A stretch of 64,000 bases of DNA from the human T2T-CHM13v2.0 reference genome, Homo sapiens. Position numbers and translations under genes: made by a program. Position 1 is the stretch's first letter; every line of letters starts with the position of its first letter. Below are positions 30,646-64,000 of the stretch, one piece after another. The notes under the pieces were generated by a model that had not been told where the DNA came from, did no database searches, and saw only the letters and a list, made by a program, of their open reading frames with translations. The stretch is taken from NCBI RefSeq assembly GCF_009914755.1, contig NC_060941.1. One strand, given 5' to 3'.

Positions 30646-31539
30646 GGGCCTCGTGGGCGCGTTCCGCGTGGGTTCTGGCGTCGTCACCTTCCACCCCAAG
30701 CCCCGTCAGTGGTCACCTCTGTAAGCCAGGGCACTTCCCTACGCGAGCCCAGGGCGCCCGCACCCGGGAGGCGAGGTCCGGTCCCGCCTCTCGCCGCTGC
30801 CCAACCCGCGCCCACTCGAGGCCTGCGGCGGCCGCGTGGGCTGTGGAAGCCCGCGCAGGTGCAGTGCGCTGCCCTCCCCGGCCCAGTCGGTCCGACTGCG
30901 ACTCTTGCTTCGGGGCCTAGTCACCTAGTCCCGGGACTTCGGGGAGGTAACGGGCACGGGGATTAAGTTCTCGTTAAACACGGGCGAGAGCGCTGGCGCG
31001 CGGGCCGTTCCAGGGCCTTGGTGTCCCCCGTGGAAAGACAGGGCTGTGGGGCTAGGAGGAGCCCCTTGCACGCCCCGCGGAAAGCTGGTGCTGGGCGAGG
31101 GCGCAGCGGAGGTGTTTTTCTCCAGGCTGAGACAGAATTCGTGCGCAGCGCGCGTGGCTGCCTGGCGCAGGCGCCGCTGCAGAGGCCCTAGTGTCCCTGA
31201 GGAATCCCGCGGCTCCTCAGGACCAGGAGGCAGGGAGCTCCTGGCACCGTGAGCAGATGAGGGGCTGCCTCAGCCTGGGCTTCACCGCAGAGCCCTGTTC
31301 CCCACTCCGCTTGTTCCGAGATTCCACACATTCGCCCACAAGGGCCGTGTTGAAGTATCAGGAACGGCCGCATAACGTGAGTGGCCTGGCCCAGCAGCAG
31401 TGCTCGCACCCAGCCCCGGGCTCGCCTCTCCTGGAGGCCAAGCCCCTAAATGCCCTGCACCAGACACTGGGTGGGACGCTGCCCCGCGTCCAGCCTGCAG
31501 CACTTGTTAGGACTGTGGACTCGTTAACGTGGACGCCTC

Positions 31540-32169
<630 letters not shown>

Positions 32170-32536
32170 TAATCACTCTTGAGCTCCATGCAGACAGGGC
32201 CCTGTCTGTTTGGCCCATACTGCCAGGCAACCCAGGCTGATCAAGAGAAGTGGAGACCACACGCACACACACACGCACAGCTGCTTTGTTCAGACACAGA
32301 CATGAACACAGGAGGGCATTTTTGGGGACAGAACTATGCAAAATACCGAGCTTGGTGTCTTTTGAAAATTTCTGAATGTTGGAGGGATATTTGAGAGTTT
32401 CTGTAACTGAGTCACACTGTCAGTGCCATGTCATCAGCACAGCGTTTCCTAATCAGGTGTGAAATGCTTCACTGTTAAAGACTCAGAGCCCCTGTGCAGG
32501 TGATCATGTTGCCCAACTTTCCAATAACCCAAGTGC

Positions 32537-32862
<326 letters not shown>

Positions 32863-32869
32863 AGATTCG

Positions 32870-37640
<4,771 letters not shown>

Positions 37641-38079
37641 CTTCCAAAGGTAAACATGAGGCTTCTTTCCTTAAGCATCATCATGAACTCTTAGATGTTC
37701 ATTTATTCAACACAAACTAAAAAAGGAATGTTAAGTCTTAAGATATCATTAATACTAACTTGCATTACTTGTTTATGAAGGATTAATATACTAAATAGAA
37801 TATATGCTCACATTTTTATATGTAGATATTAATTTACAAGTAATTAACATGCTAAAACATTTTATAATTCGCTTCAATAACGTGTATAGATAACACAAAA
37901 ATTAACTCTGGCCTACCTTAGGCTACATGATCACAGACAAGCTGATGTAATTAAAATGAGAAGATTTATTTCTTGGTACTTTCATGGCTTTATTTTTACA
38001 TTAAAGTCTTTTATGATGTATTATTTATTGCTATCTTCCACCAAATGCTTGGCCAGTCAATCCCAGGGTGATCTTAATA

Positions 38080-42060
<3,981 letters not shown>

Positions 42061-42067
42061 GCTGGCT

Positions 42068-43340
<1,273 letters not shown>

Positions 43341-43986
43341 ACCTCTAAAATGAAAGACTGTATCCCTAGATTGCTGAGAGGTAAATGAAATGTATGTAGA
43401 ACATCCAGCAGAGGTGCAGCCTCAGACACTGGCTGACCATTTGTGCAACCTGAGAGAGGCGTGCTCTTGCAGCTTGAGTTCCAACCATGCCCCACACTCC
43501 ACTCCCATTAGGCTACACTGCAACCTATCACTTGTATGTTTCCTATATTAGACCATCAGTTCACTGCATGTTAAGAACCAAAAGTTACCATTTACATGAC
43601 AACTCTGTTGCCAGGTACAGACATAGCCATCTCATGAGATCTAAAAGGATGTCTGAGAGCAACACTGTAGCCCTTTAACCCACGTGAGGCTGAACAGGAT
43701 TCAATCAGCTGCCCAGTGTAGACTGCTCCTTAGATCTCCGTGCACACCAGCCAGAAACCAGAGCACTGTGGGAGCGTGTGCACGCTCACATCCGAGACCC
43801 TCTCCAGGGACCTCAGGCTGAAGACGGAGCTGGGCAGACCATGAGCCACCCTGGAAGAGCTCCAAGTCCCACAGGAATGCTGCCTCTCCTGCCCGGGGCT
43901 GGCCAGTTCCTACTCTCAGCCCATGCCGGCCAGGGAAAGGGACCAGGAAGAACAGGGCTTCCCTTTTCTCCCCACCCTGAGTGTAA

Positions 43987-44504
<518 letters not shown>

Positions 44505-45039
44505 TAAATTAAATAGTCCTCTGGCCTTGGAAGTAAAATAAGGTTTTGTGTTTTATGAATAAGGAAATGAAGATTGGGTATGATGAGGCTCAGCCCAGCT
44601 ACCTGACCTGCTGCCCACCAGAAGCCCCGGTGGCTTCCAGACCCAGCCTCTATCCTAGTTATAAATGGCCAGCCCCACCTCCACCACAGGCACAGAATCA
44701 GGTCATTCTCCTTTGACCACTCGGCAGCACCTGCCTCAATGACCCCACCACTGGCCCCCCAGCAAATACCAGCTGTTGCTTCTATGACATCATTCTCTCT
44801 ACTTCCTTTACCTCCAACCCTCCCAAGACCATGCCACATATGGACACGACTTCGACGTGTCCACGTGCTATCAGCTGACAAACTGGAGAGGTCCGGCTCT
44901 AGGCAACGCTCTCCTGCGGGCCAGCTGGTGCCTCTGCCCAGCCTGTCCAATGCTGACGCCCCTCAGCTGGCTCCTTCCTGGGGCCTTCTCTCCAGTGACA
45001 CCTACCCACCCAGTTCCCCAAGGCCTCATATTACTTCAT

Positions 45040-45500
45040 TCCCATGCCCCTCACTCCCGAGAATGCCAGGAAGTCCCAAATCCTGGTCATTCCTCCCTCC
45101 AAATGCCTGTTACACCACTACTGCACAACCAAAGCAATGCTGCTTGTCAGTCCTGTCATTTGTCACACCCTGCAGGGGCTGACCACACCAGTCCATCAGG
45201 TGCCCTCTCCACTTCCTAAGCAGCAGGGAGCCAGTCCTAGCACGGCCCCAGAGAGCAGACCCCCTGCCTGGCATGGGCCTGCTCAGGCCTTGCTCCAACA
45301 CCGAGGCCCGGGCCAAGGGCACCTGCTTGGGGATAACCTGACTCTAACTCACTGCACTGGTGACATTTTCTGTCACATTCACAGCGACTACAGCTGGGGA
45401 CTTAGTAATCCTTTCTCCTGCTAGACTGGGCTTCTGGAAGGGCCAAGATTAGTCATCCTGTTCATCTGGGTTCCTAGACTGTGGCCCTGGCTGGCATTGG
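45040..45500 (+). mobile_element. Probable ancient L2 LINE 3' fragment
   Basis: CTAGACTGGGCTTCTGGAAGGGC...GTTCATC resembles the L2 3' end; highly diverged. Confidence 0.4.
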
Positions 45501-45849
45501 GCAAGCTGCTTAGATGGCAGCTGCTGATCTGTAGTGACATCTGTGACCGACAGCGAAAGAACCACCCTTAGTCACACTCCCTTGCCCATGACTCAGCCAG
45601 GCCCATCCCAGCGTGGAAGCAAGCTTAGCCTGGGATGTGTGCCCGCAGGAGCCGCTGGTGCAGGGAAAGGTTTCTGCAGACACGGCATGCATTCCTGTCT
45701 GTCTCTCCACTACCACTGCCCACTGCCCTGGGCTTCCTTACATCCCAGCTGTGGGACAGTGGGGTCAGGCAGAACTCTGGAGCTCCCTTGTCCCCCTTCC
45801 CATCTCATTCTCAAAGTGCTGTCACCAACCCAGCATCAGGGGGCACAAG

Positions 45850-46412
<563 letters not shown>

Positions 46413-47020
46413 CCCACTCTTAAATGGACGGATTATCACAGCTTCCACCAGCCACTTCATCAAATATACAACTAAGAGAGGATCCTCATGCCTTGCTCCG
46501 TGGCAAGGTTAAAAACAACAACAAAAAAACAAACAGAAAAAGGAATTACACTACAAAGTCAAAACTGCTGAATCCACGTTTCTCTGAAAACCAGAGTACA
46601 AGAAGGAAAGGAACAGCCCAGAGATGTTCTGGCTGTGGGAAGCCTGTGGACGGCACACAGGGCAGCCATCCCACCCCAACCTCCCCTCACCTGGAGGCAC
46701 AGGCACAAGGGTCAACAGGTGGCTCCCGGGCAAAGGTGTCCTCCCACCTGGTGAGTTAGAGAGGAAGGTGTTAGGTGTGAGGCAGGAAAGAAGATAAGAA
46801 AGAAGACAGGCAGCTTCGGCCCTCCAGGAGCGGGGACCCCCCGCCACCCCCACAACCCATGCCAACTTCAGGTGTCCAACACCAGATGGGGCTGCTCCCT
46901 CCATCCCCAACTCAGGTTCTCCCACCCCCTCCCAGCTGGACAGACACCAAAATCCTGGCCCAGGCCTGGACTCCAACAGTGGGACGAATCAAACAGTTCC
47001 AGTTCTACACACATTTCTAT

Positions 47021-47026
47021 TTTATT
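47021..47026 (-). terminator. ALYREF: ALYREF polyadenylation signal AATAAA
   Basis: tttatt on + strand, with an upstream U-tract (47121-47148) and a downstream GU/U-rich element. Confidence 0.85.
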
Positions 47027-47078
47027 ATGGAAAAGGTGGAAACGCCACCTTCTCCACAACAGCAACCAGTAAAATTTA

Positions 47079-50889
<3,811 letters not shown>

Positions 50890-50900
<11 letters not shown>

Positions 50901-50995
50901 GAGACTCGGCGGGCGCTGTTGAGGGAGTCGGGCCGCGACTGTGGTCGTTTTTATACCTTCCCGCGCGGACGCCGGCGCTGCCAACGGAAGGGCGG
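50890..50995 (+). other. ANAPC11: ANAPC11 non-coding first exon (start approximate; alternative donor candidate at 51268)
   Basis: Donor CGG|gtaggg at 50995/50996 directly downstream of the bidirectional promoter. Confidence 0.6.
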
Positions 50996-51353
50996 GTAGG
51001 GCGGTGCGTGATTAGGTTGGCGAAGGTGCGAGGGCGCAGGGGGTGGGGCGGCGGCCGTTGGAGGCGGAGCCTACGCGCCCCTCCCTCCCCGCACGCTCCG
51101 CCCGATCGGCCAGGGCTGGGGGCGCTGGGGGCGCTACGGGCGCGGCGGGTGCCTGGGAGCTGCTGGGAGTCCTTGTTTCCGCTCCCGCCCAGGACTGTGC
51201 GCTCGGCTCGCGGTGGGGTCCGGCGGGCGCGGCTTCGGCGGGCGGCAGCCGCTGCAGACGAGCTGCGGGTTGGTTTTTTGGTCTCCACCTGCAGCCCCCC
51301 CAAGTCTGCACTGTCACATTTTGCCAGTCATATCCTTTACAAGTTTTCTTGCG

Positions 51354-53540
<2,187 letters not shown>

Positions 53541-53639
53541 CTGTGGCAGGCTTATACCTGTGTTGGTGCCTAAACGTTCTAGCTCTGCAGACTCAATTTA
53601 GCCAGTCGTCCTGTTCCCTCCGCCGCAGGCTCTGCTGCC

Positions 53640-59225
<5,586 letters not shown>

Positions 59226-59395
59226 GGCCCGACCTGGCTCTCGCTGGAGGGGCATCCTGAGACTCCTTCCTCATGCTGGCGCCGATGGCTGCTGGGGACA
59301 GCGCCCCTGAGCTGCAACAAGGTGGAAACAAGGGCTGGAGCTGCGTTTGTTTTGCCATCACTATGTTGACACTTTTATCCAATAAGTGAAAACTC

Positions 59396-59496
59396 ATTAA
59401 ACTACTCAAATCTTGCTGGAGGCCTCTGGGTGCCTGTGTTCTCGGCATATAGATGTGGTCTCGGTGTGTTTTGATATGAAAACTCTCATGAATAAA
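59396..59496 (+). terminator. ANAPC11: ANAPC11 tandem polyadenylation signals (ATTAAA 59396-59401; AATAAA 59491-59496)
   Basis: Both hexamers present; the proximal one is followed by GU-rich sequence. Confidence 0.75.
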
Positions 59497-60082
59497 CATC
59501 TCCGTGAAACGCCAAGGCCCTCGTCAAACCCTGAGTCATGACTGGGAGGAGAAGGAGCAGGATCAGACGGTAGAGCCTGGGGCATGCTCTTCAGGCATGC
59601 TCTTGCCTGCTGGATTGCCGGCGGCGGCCCTGGGACCCTCCCTCAGGCTGGCTCTGAGGGACCCTGGCTGTGCAAAGCTGGCGGCCACTGCTTGTGGCGC
59701 CTCCAGACTGAAGGCCACCATCTCTGAGTGGGCGTCCATTGTTCTCACTGGGACTGTCTGCAGCGGGGCTGGGCCTCCCACAGTGTAGGGATCAGTGTCC
59801 TGACACTGGGAAGTGTGTCCACACGTCTGAGGCTTCCCTTCCTAGGGAAAGGTGGCCCTGGGAGGCTCCTTTGTGTGCCTCTGCTCCCCACAATCGTGGT
59901 GGGAAGGGGCCGCTGGGGGAGTGGCAGCCCCGGCATCTCAGGCTGCTTCTGGACAGAGCACAGGCTGTGTCTCCAGTAACCTAGGGAGCCCTTGGCATTC
60001 ATGGGGCCAGTGACCCGTGCCCAGTGTCTCTTGACCCTTCCTCACAGCAACCTGAGGAGTAGACCAGGCCTCACCTGAAATC

Positions 60083-60617
60083 TGTGTCAGGGTTCTCTAG
60101 AGAGACAGGACTCTATATGAAGAGTATATATGAAGAGTTTATTGGGAGTATTGACTCACGTGATCACAAGGTGAAGTCCCACAATAAGCCATGTGCAAGG
60201 TGAGGAGCAAGGAAGCCAGTCTGAGTCCCAAAACAAAAGTAGAGAAGCCGATAGTGCAGCCTTCATCCTGTGGCCAAAGGCTGCAGAGCCCCTGGCAAGC
60301 CACTGGTGTAGGTCCGAGAGTCCAAAAGCTGAAGAACCTGGAGGCCGACGTGCGAGGGCGGGAAGCATCCAGCATGGGAGAAAGATGGAGGCCAGATTCA
60401 GCCAGTCTAGTCTTTCCACGTTCCTCTGCCTGCTTGTATCCTGGCTGTGCTGGCAGCCGATTAGGTGGTGCCCACCTGGATTGAGGGTGGGTCTGCCTCT
60501 CCCAGCCCACTGACTCAAATGGGAATCTCCTCTGGCAACACCCTCACAGACACACCCAGTGACAATACTTTGCATCCTTCAATCCAGTCAAGCTGACACT
60601 CAGCATTCACCATCACA
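60083..60617 (-). mobile_element. Solo LTR, MLT2A family (ERVL)
   Basis: Minus strand begins TGTGATGGTGAATGCTGAGTGTCAGCTTGACTGGATTGAAGGATGCAAAGTATTG and ends CTCTAGAGAACCCTGACACA, matching my recollection of the MLT2A termini; internal AATAAA at 60143-60138. Confidence 0.88.
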
Positions 60618-61368
60618 CCTGGGAAGCATGGAACCCAGAAACAAGTGCCAGGGCTCCAGTGCCAGTGCCTGTCCTGGGAAGATACCCAAGAGAAGACATG
60701 ACCAGGACCTTGGGGGAGCATGAAATGGTGAGGGCACAGTGAGCTTGAAGGCTGATGTCACCTGCCAGGAGAGCGGCTGGCAGTCCTGCCTGGTGCCCCC
60801 CAAGGGGCAGAGCTGGCAGAGAGGGGCCTCCAATCGAAGGCCAGGAGTCGTGGAGCTCCAGTGCCTTGGTGTGGCTGGCCTTCTTGCCCCCCTCCCAGAG
60901 GACCCCGCCAGTAACAGCCCTGCTGGTGGAACCTTCCCCAGTGGGCATGAAAGAAATGAGGGCCCCACAAGCCACATGGACTCTGATGCCTGGAGCCAAG
61001 AATACCCCTTAGGGTGGTAGAAACCGCCCCCGGGGCACTGTGCAGTGTGGCTGGCTCTCCAGCATCAGGAGTACTGGGGATTGCCTGGGGGACGACTCCT
61101 AGGGCTGGGCGCCCGTGGGCCCTCCCCTGCTGCCACTGCGGCCCACGCAAGCCGGGCCTGAAGGGCGCGAGCGGCATGGGTGGGGAGCTTGAGGGGGCGT
61201 TGGGCTCCCACCAAGCGCCAGATCCTTGCGCGCCTCCAGCGCTCGCCCGCGCGGCTGGTTCCTTTGGGATGCGGAGGTGCGACGGCTCCTCCGCGCGCGC
61301 CCGCTGCACCCCAGCCCGCCCGCCGCCCCTCCCGGCCCTCCGCAGCCTCGGCCCGCCCTCGCCGCAGA

Positions 61369-61374
61369 TATAAG
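61369..61374 (+). promoter_or_regulatory. NPB: NPB TATA-like box within CpG island
   Basis: GATATAAGG ~65 nt upstream of the ATG, preceded by GC boxes. Confidence 0.7.
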
Positions 61375-61437
61375 GCGGCCCAGGCGGTGGCTGCTCCGAG
61401 CCCGGACGCCGCCGCCCACCAGTCAGCCGGCGTCCCC

Positions 61438-61908
61438 ATGGCCCGGTCCGCGACACTGGCGGCCGCCGCCCTGGCGCTGTGCCTGCTGCTGGCGCCGCCT
61501 GGCCTCGCGTGGTACAAGCCAGCGGCGGGGCACAGCTCCTACTCGGTGGGCCGCGCCGCGGGGCTGCTGTCCGGCCTCCGCAGGTCCCCGTACGCGCGGC
61601 GCTCCCAGCCCTACAGAGGGGCGGAACCCCCGGGCGGGGCCGGCGCCTCCCCGGAGCTGCAACTGCACCCCAGGCTGCGGAGCCTCGTGAGTCCGGCGTG
61701 CCGGGGACTGATGGGGGGCGGCGGCAGGACGTGGGTGGGGGTGCGGCGGCCCCTCAGCCTTTGCTTGCCTGCCCCCCAGGCTGTGTGCGTCCAGGACGTC
61801 GCCCCAAACCTGCAGAGGTGCGAGCGGCTCCCCGACGGCCGCGGGACCTACCAGTGCAAGGCGAACGTCTTCCTGTCCCTGCGCGCAGCCGACTGCCTCG
61901 CCGCCTGA
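61438..61908 (+). CDS. NPB: Neuropeptide B precursor, spliced CDS 378 nt, 125 aa
   Basis: join(61438-61686,61780-61908); 24-aa signal peptide, then [31 protein letters not shown] (NPB-23 at 61510-61578, NPB-29 at 61510-61596). Confidence 0.98.
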   Translation: MARSATLAAAALALCLLLAPPGLAWYKPAAGHSSYSVGRAAGLLSGLRRSPYARRSQPYRGAEPPGGAGASPELQLHPRLRSLVSPACRGLMGGGGRTWVGVRRPLSLCLPAPQAVCVQDVAPNLQRCERLPDGRGTYQCKANVFLSLRAADCLAA

Positions 61909-62040
61909 GCCCGGACCTCTCCTGGCACCGCTGGGGGCCCCCCGCCCCCACCGTCCCACTCGGTGACCCCAGGCCCCTCCGGCGCGGGATGGCGCCCCAG
62001 GTCTCCCCTACTCCGCTCACCCCGCAGTTAATGGCAAACG

Positions 62041-62050
62041 AATAAATAAA
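62041..62050 (+). terminator. NPB: NPB polyadenylation signal (overlapping AATAAATAAA)
   Basis: Two overlapping AATAAA ~135 nt after the stop codon. Confidence 0.85.
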
Positions 62051-63389
62051 TGAGGCGGCCTCGGAGTGAGGGGTGCTGGAGGACTGGCAGCCAGGCCACG
62101 AGGGGAACGGGACCTGGAAATCCCCAAGCCTGGGTATGAGAAGGCAGCCGAGTGTGCGGCGGCAGGGCAAGGTTGGCCTGGGCCGCCCAGAGGTCTTCAG
62201 ACCCAGGGGCGAAGCTGGCCACGACCCAGCCCCGCGGTGAAGCCGCGCCTAGCCTTGGTGCTCCCTGGGGGAAGTGCAGGGCCACGGCTGGCCCGGTTCC
62301 CAGTGTCCTCCCCCAGCCCTTCGCTCCCCAACTCGAGAGCCAAATCTGTGAGGGCATGGGCTGGAGCCCCTGGCTGCCTTCCTCTTGCCCCCATCCCTTC
62401 TGGCCAGGCCAAGTCCGAGGGTGCAGGGGCAAGGAGGAGAGTTGGGGGCCTGAGCCCTGGCTCCAGAGGCCCAGAGCATGCCTCCCCAGAGCTGAAGGTG
62501 GGAGATGGGTAGGTTCTCCCTCCGCCGTTGGGTGTGACTCCGGAACTGGCTTGGGCTCTGGCCTCCAATGCTGCTACGGGGCCAGGCCCACCTCCGGGCC
62601 CAGGCAGCAGCACTGCAGGGCCTTTCTACCCTCCCCAAGCCTGGGGCCCAGGCAGCCCCTGTCCAGCACCAATCTGTCTATGGGGAACTGGCTGGTCCCT
62701 CTGCTCAGGGGACCCCGCAGTCCAGGGTTCTGAGTGGGAGCATTGGCACCACCCCACTCCTGAAAGCGGGGGCCTGGCAGGATGAGGATGGCCTGTGCCC
62801 CCCACACCTTGGCCCCTGGCTCGGAGAGCAGGGTGACAGGCTGCCTTCCTGGGCTGTGGAGAGCCTCGCGTGCACCTCGCCTCCAGCTCCTGTGCTGGGT
62901 CGTGAGGTCGACCTCACAACAGCAGAGGACAGGCCCATGGGGTGCCACATGGGCCAGGTGCTGTAGGGCAGAGGCCATTCTGGAGAGGAATGTGGGGCTG
63001 AAAAAAGTACTGATCATAAGCCTCATTTTGAATGCGGCGAGACCAGGCAATCTATGGCCTCCCTAGACACCTCCCGGAGGCTGCAGTAAGAACCTCTTCG
63101 GCCTCTGGGCTGCTCCAGGCGGGCCGTGACAGGGGTGTGGGAGACAGAGATCCCATGGCCCCTGGAGGGGCCAAGGGGCAAGGAGCCTCAGCTCTGGCTC
63201 TCCTCCTTATTCTAGCATCGCCTGCTACAGGGGGTGGCCCCAGGCTTTGGAGGGCTGGAGGCCCGGGTTTCACTCACTGCCAGGCTGCCCGCTGCACTCC
63301 CGGCTGCTGGGTGCATGGTGGGGGCAGGGCCAAGAGGGTCTCCTTGCTGAGTGGTTCCCTGGTCCTTCCCAGCAGGGCTGGGAGCCCCG

Positions 63390-64000
63390 CGCAGCACTGC
63401 CACCAGGCTTTATTCGGTTGTACCAAAGAGATTTCCGTCAGCCATGTACAAACAGAACAGAGTCCATAAGGAGAGTGGCGAAGCTGCCGGGAAGGAAGGC
63501 AAGCGTGTTTTCCTGGAGCCAGGCGCTGGGTGGCAGGACACCGTGTTGGGGGGTGCCCAGTGGGAGGTGGTGTGGTCTACACCCAGAGAACTAAAGGGGT
63601 GACCGCAGTCACTGCTCCCTAAAGCCCTCTGCTCTGCACCTCCCGCCACAGCTGGGTGGGCAGTCAGTGTGGCCTCTGTCCAGGTGGTGGGGGCATCCGG
63701 GGACCAGGTGGGGGCGCACGCAGGAGCGGTGCGTTTCAGGCTGCAGGTGCCGTCTGCCCGTCTCACTTCCGGCCTCTCCACTGTGCTGGACACCCTCTCT
63801 GAGCAGCTTTGCTGGAAAGAGCGGAGAGCCTGCTGCAAACCAGGCACCTTGTAGGCAGGCAAGGAGGCAGAGTCCTCACCAGCCCTTCCAGAGCCAGGCC
63901 AGTTAGAGAGGGCGGCCCTGCAGAGTCCTATGTCCAAACGCAGAAGGCGCAGAAGCAGAGCAGGGGGAGGGCCGGCCAGGGCCTCTGCCAGGTTAGAAGT
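63390..64000 (-). other. PCYT2: PCYT2 last exon: final codons (..D-F-stop, TAA at 63995-63993) and 3' UTR; gene continues beyond the window
   Basis: Window end reads AC TTC TAA on - strand, fitting the recalled PCYT2 C-terminus (...GDF); AATAAA at 63414-63409. Identity rests mainly on known gene order after NPB. Confidence 0.75.
63409..63414 (-). terminator. PCYT2: PCYT2 proximal polyadenylation signal AATAAA
   Basis: tttatt on + strand with an upstream UGUA on the - strand. Confidence 0.7.

Noticed and set aside
29700-30920. 406-aa + strand ORF and other long ORFs over CpG islands (e.g. 19345-20322, 20000-20935, 50540-51457)
   Set aside because: Pro/Arg/Gly/Ala-rich, often with non-ATG starts; expected from stop-codon scarcity at very high GC; no recognisable domain.
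59286-59305. Possible REST/NRSE site upstream of NPB (GGACAGCGCC)
   Set aside because: Only the right half-site matches; the TTCAGCACC half is absent.
61180-61437. 86-codon in-frame extension upstream of the NPB ATG
   Set aside because: Starts at a non-ATG codon and spans the TATA box; the signal peptide begins at ATG 61438.

Overview
Human (primate) genomic DNA: GC-rich, intron-containing and densely packed with Alu elements. Gene content and order match chromosome 17q25.3. Left to right: P4HB (protein disulfide isomerase, - strand, 11 coding exons, 508 aa, ends KDEL); ARHGDIA (RhoGDI-alpha, -, 204 aa); a ~15 kb Alu/L1-rich intergenic block; ALYREF (-, 257/264 aa) head-to-head with ANAPC11 (+, 84 aa RING-H2) on a shared CpG-island promoter; a solo MLT2A (ERVL) LTR; NPB (+, 125 aa neuropeptide B precursor); and the 3' UTR plus last codons of PCYT2 (-). 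All exon chains were assembled by hand with GT-AG boundaries and sum to intact reading frames. Nearly all long ORFs in the supplied track are GC-rich or Alu artefacts. This is a well-studied locus and I see no new multi-gene system. The best leads are post-transcriptional: a candidate 24-nt stop-containing (poison) micro-exon in ALYREF intron 2; an LTR poly(A) signal that could carry PCYT2 transcripts antisense across NPB; an orphan 37-bp perfect copy of ARHGDIA 3' UTR sequence 2.3 kb away; a tandemly duplicated splice donor and an Alu-derived uORF exon in ANAPC11; and an Alu-derived 79-bp minisatellite. Repeat boundaries and subfamilies are by-eye estimates.
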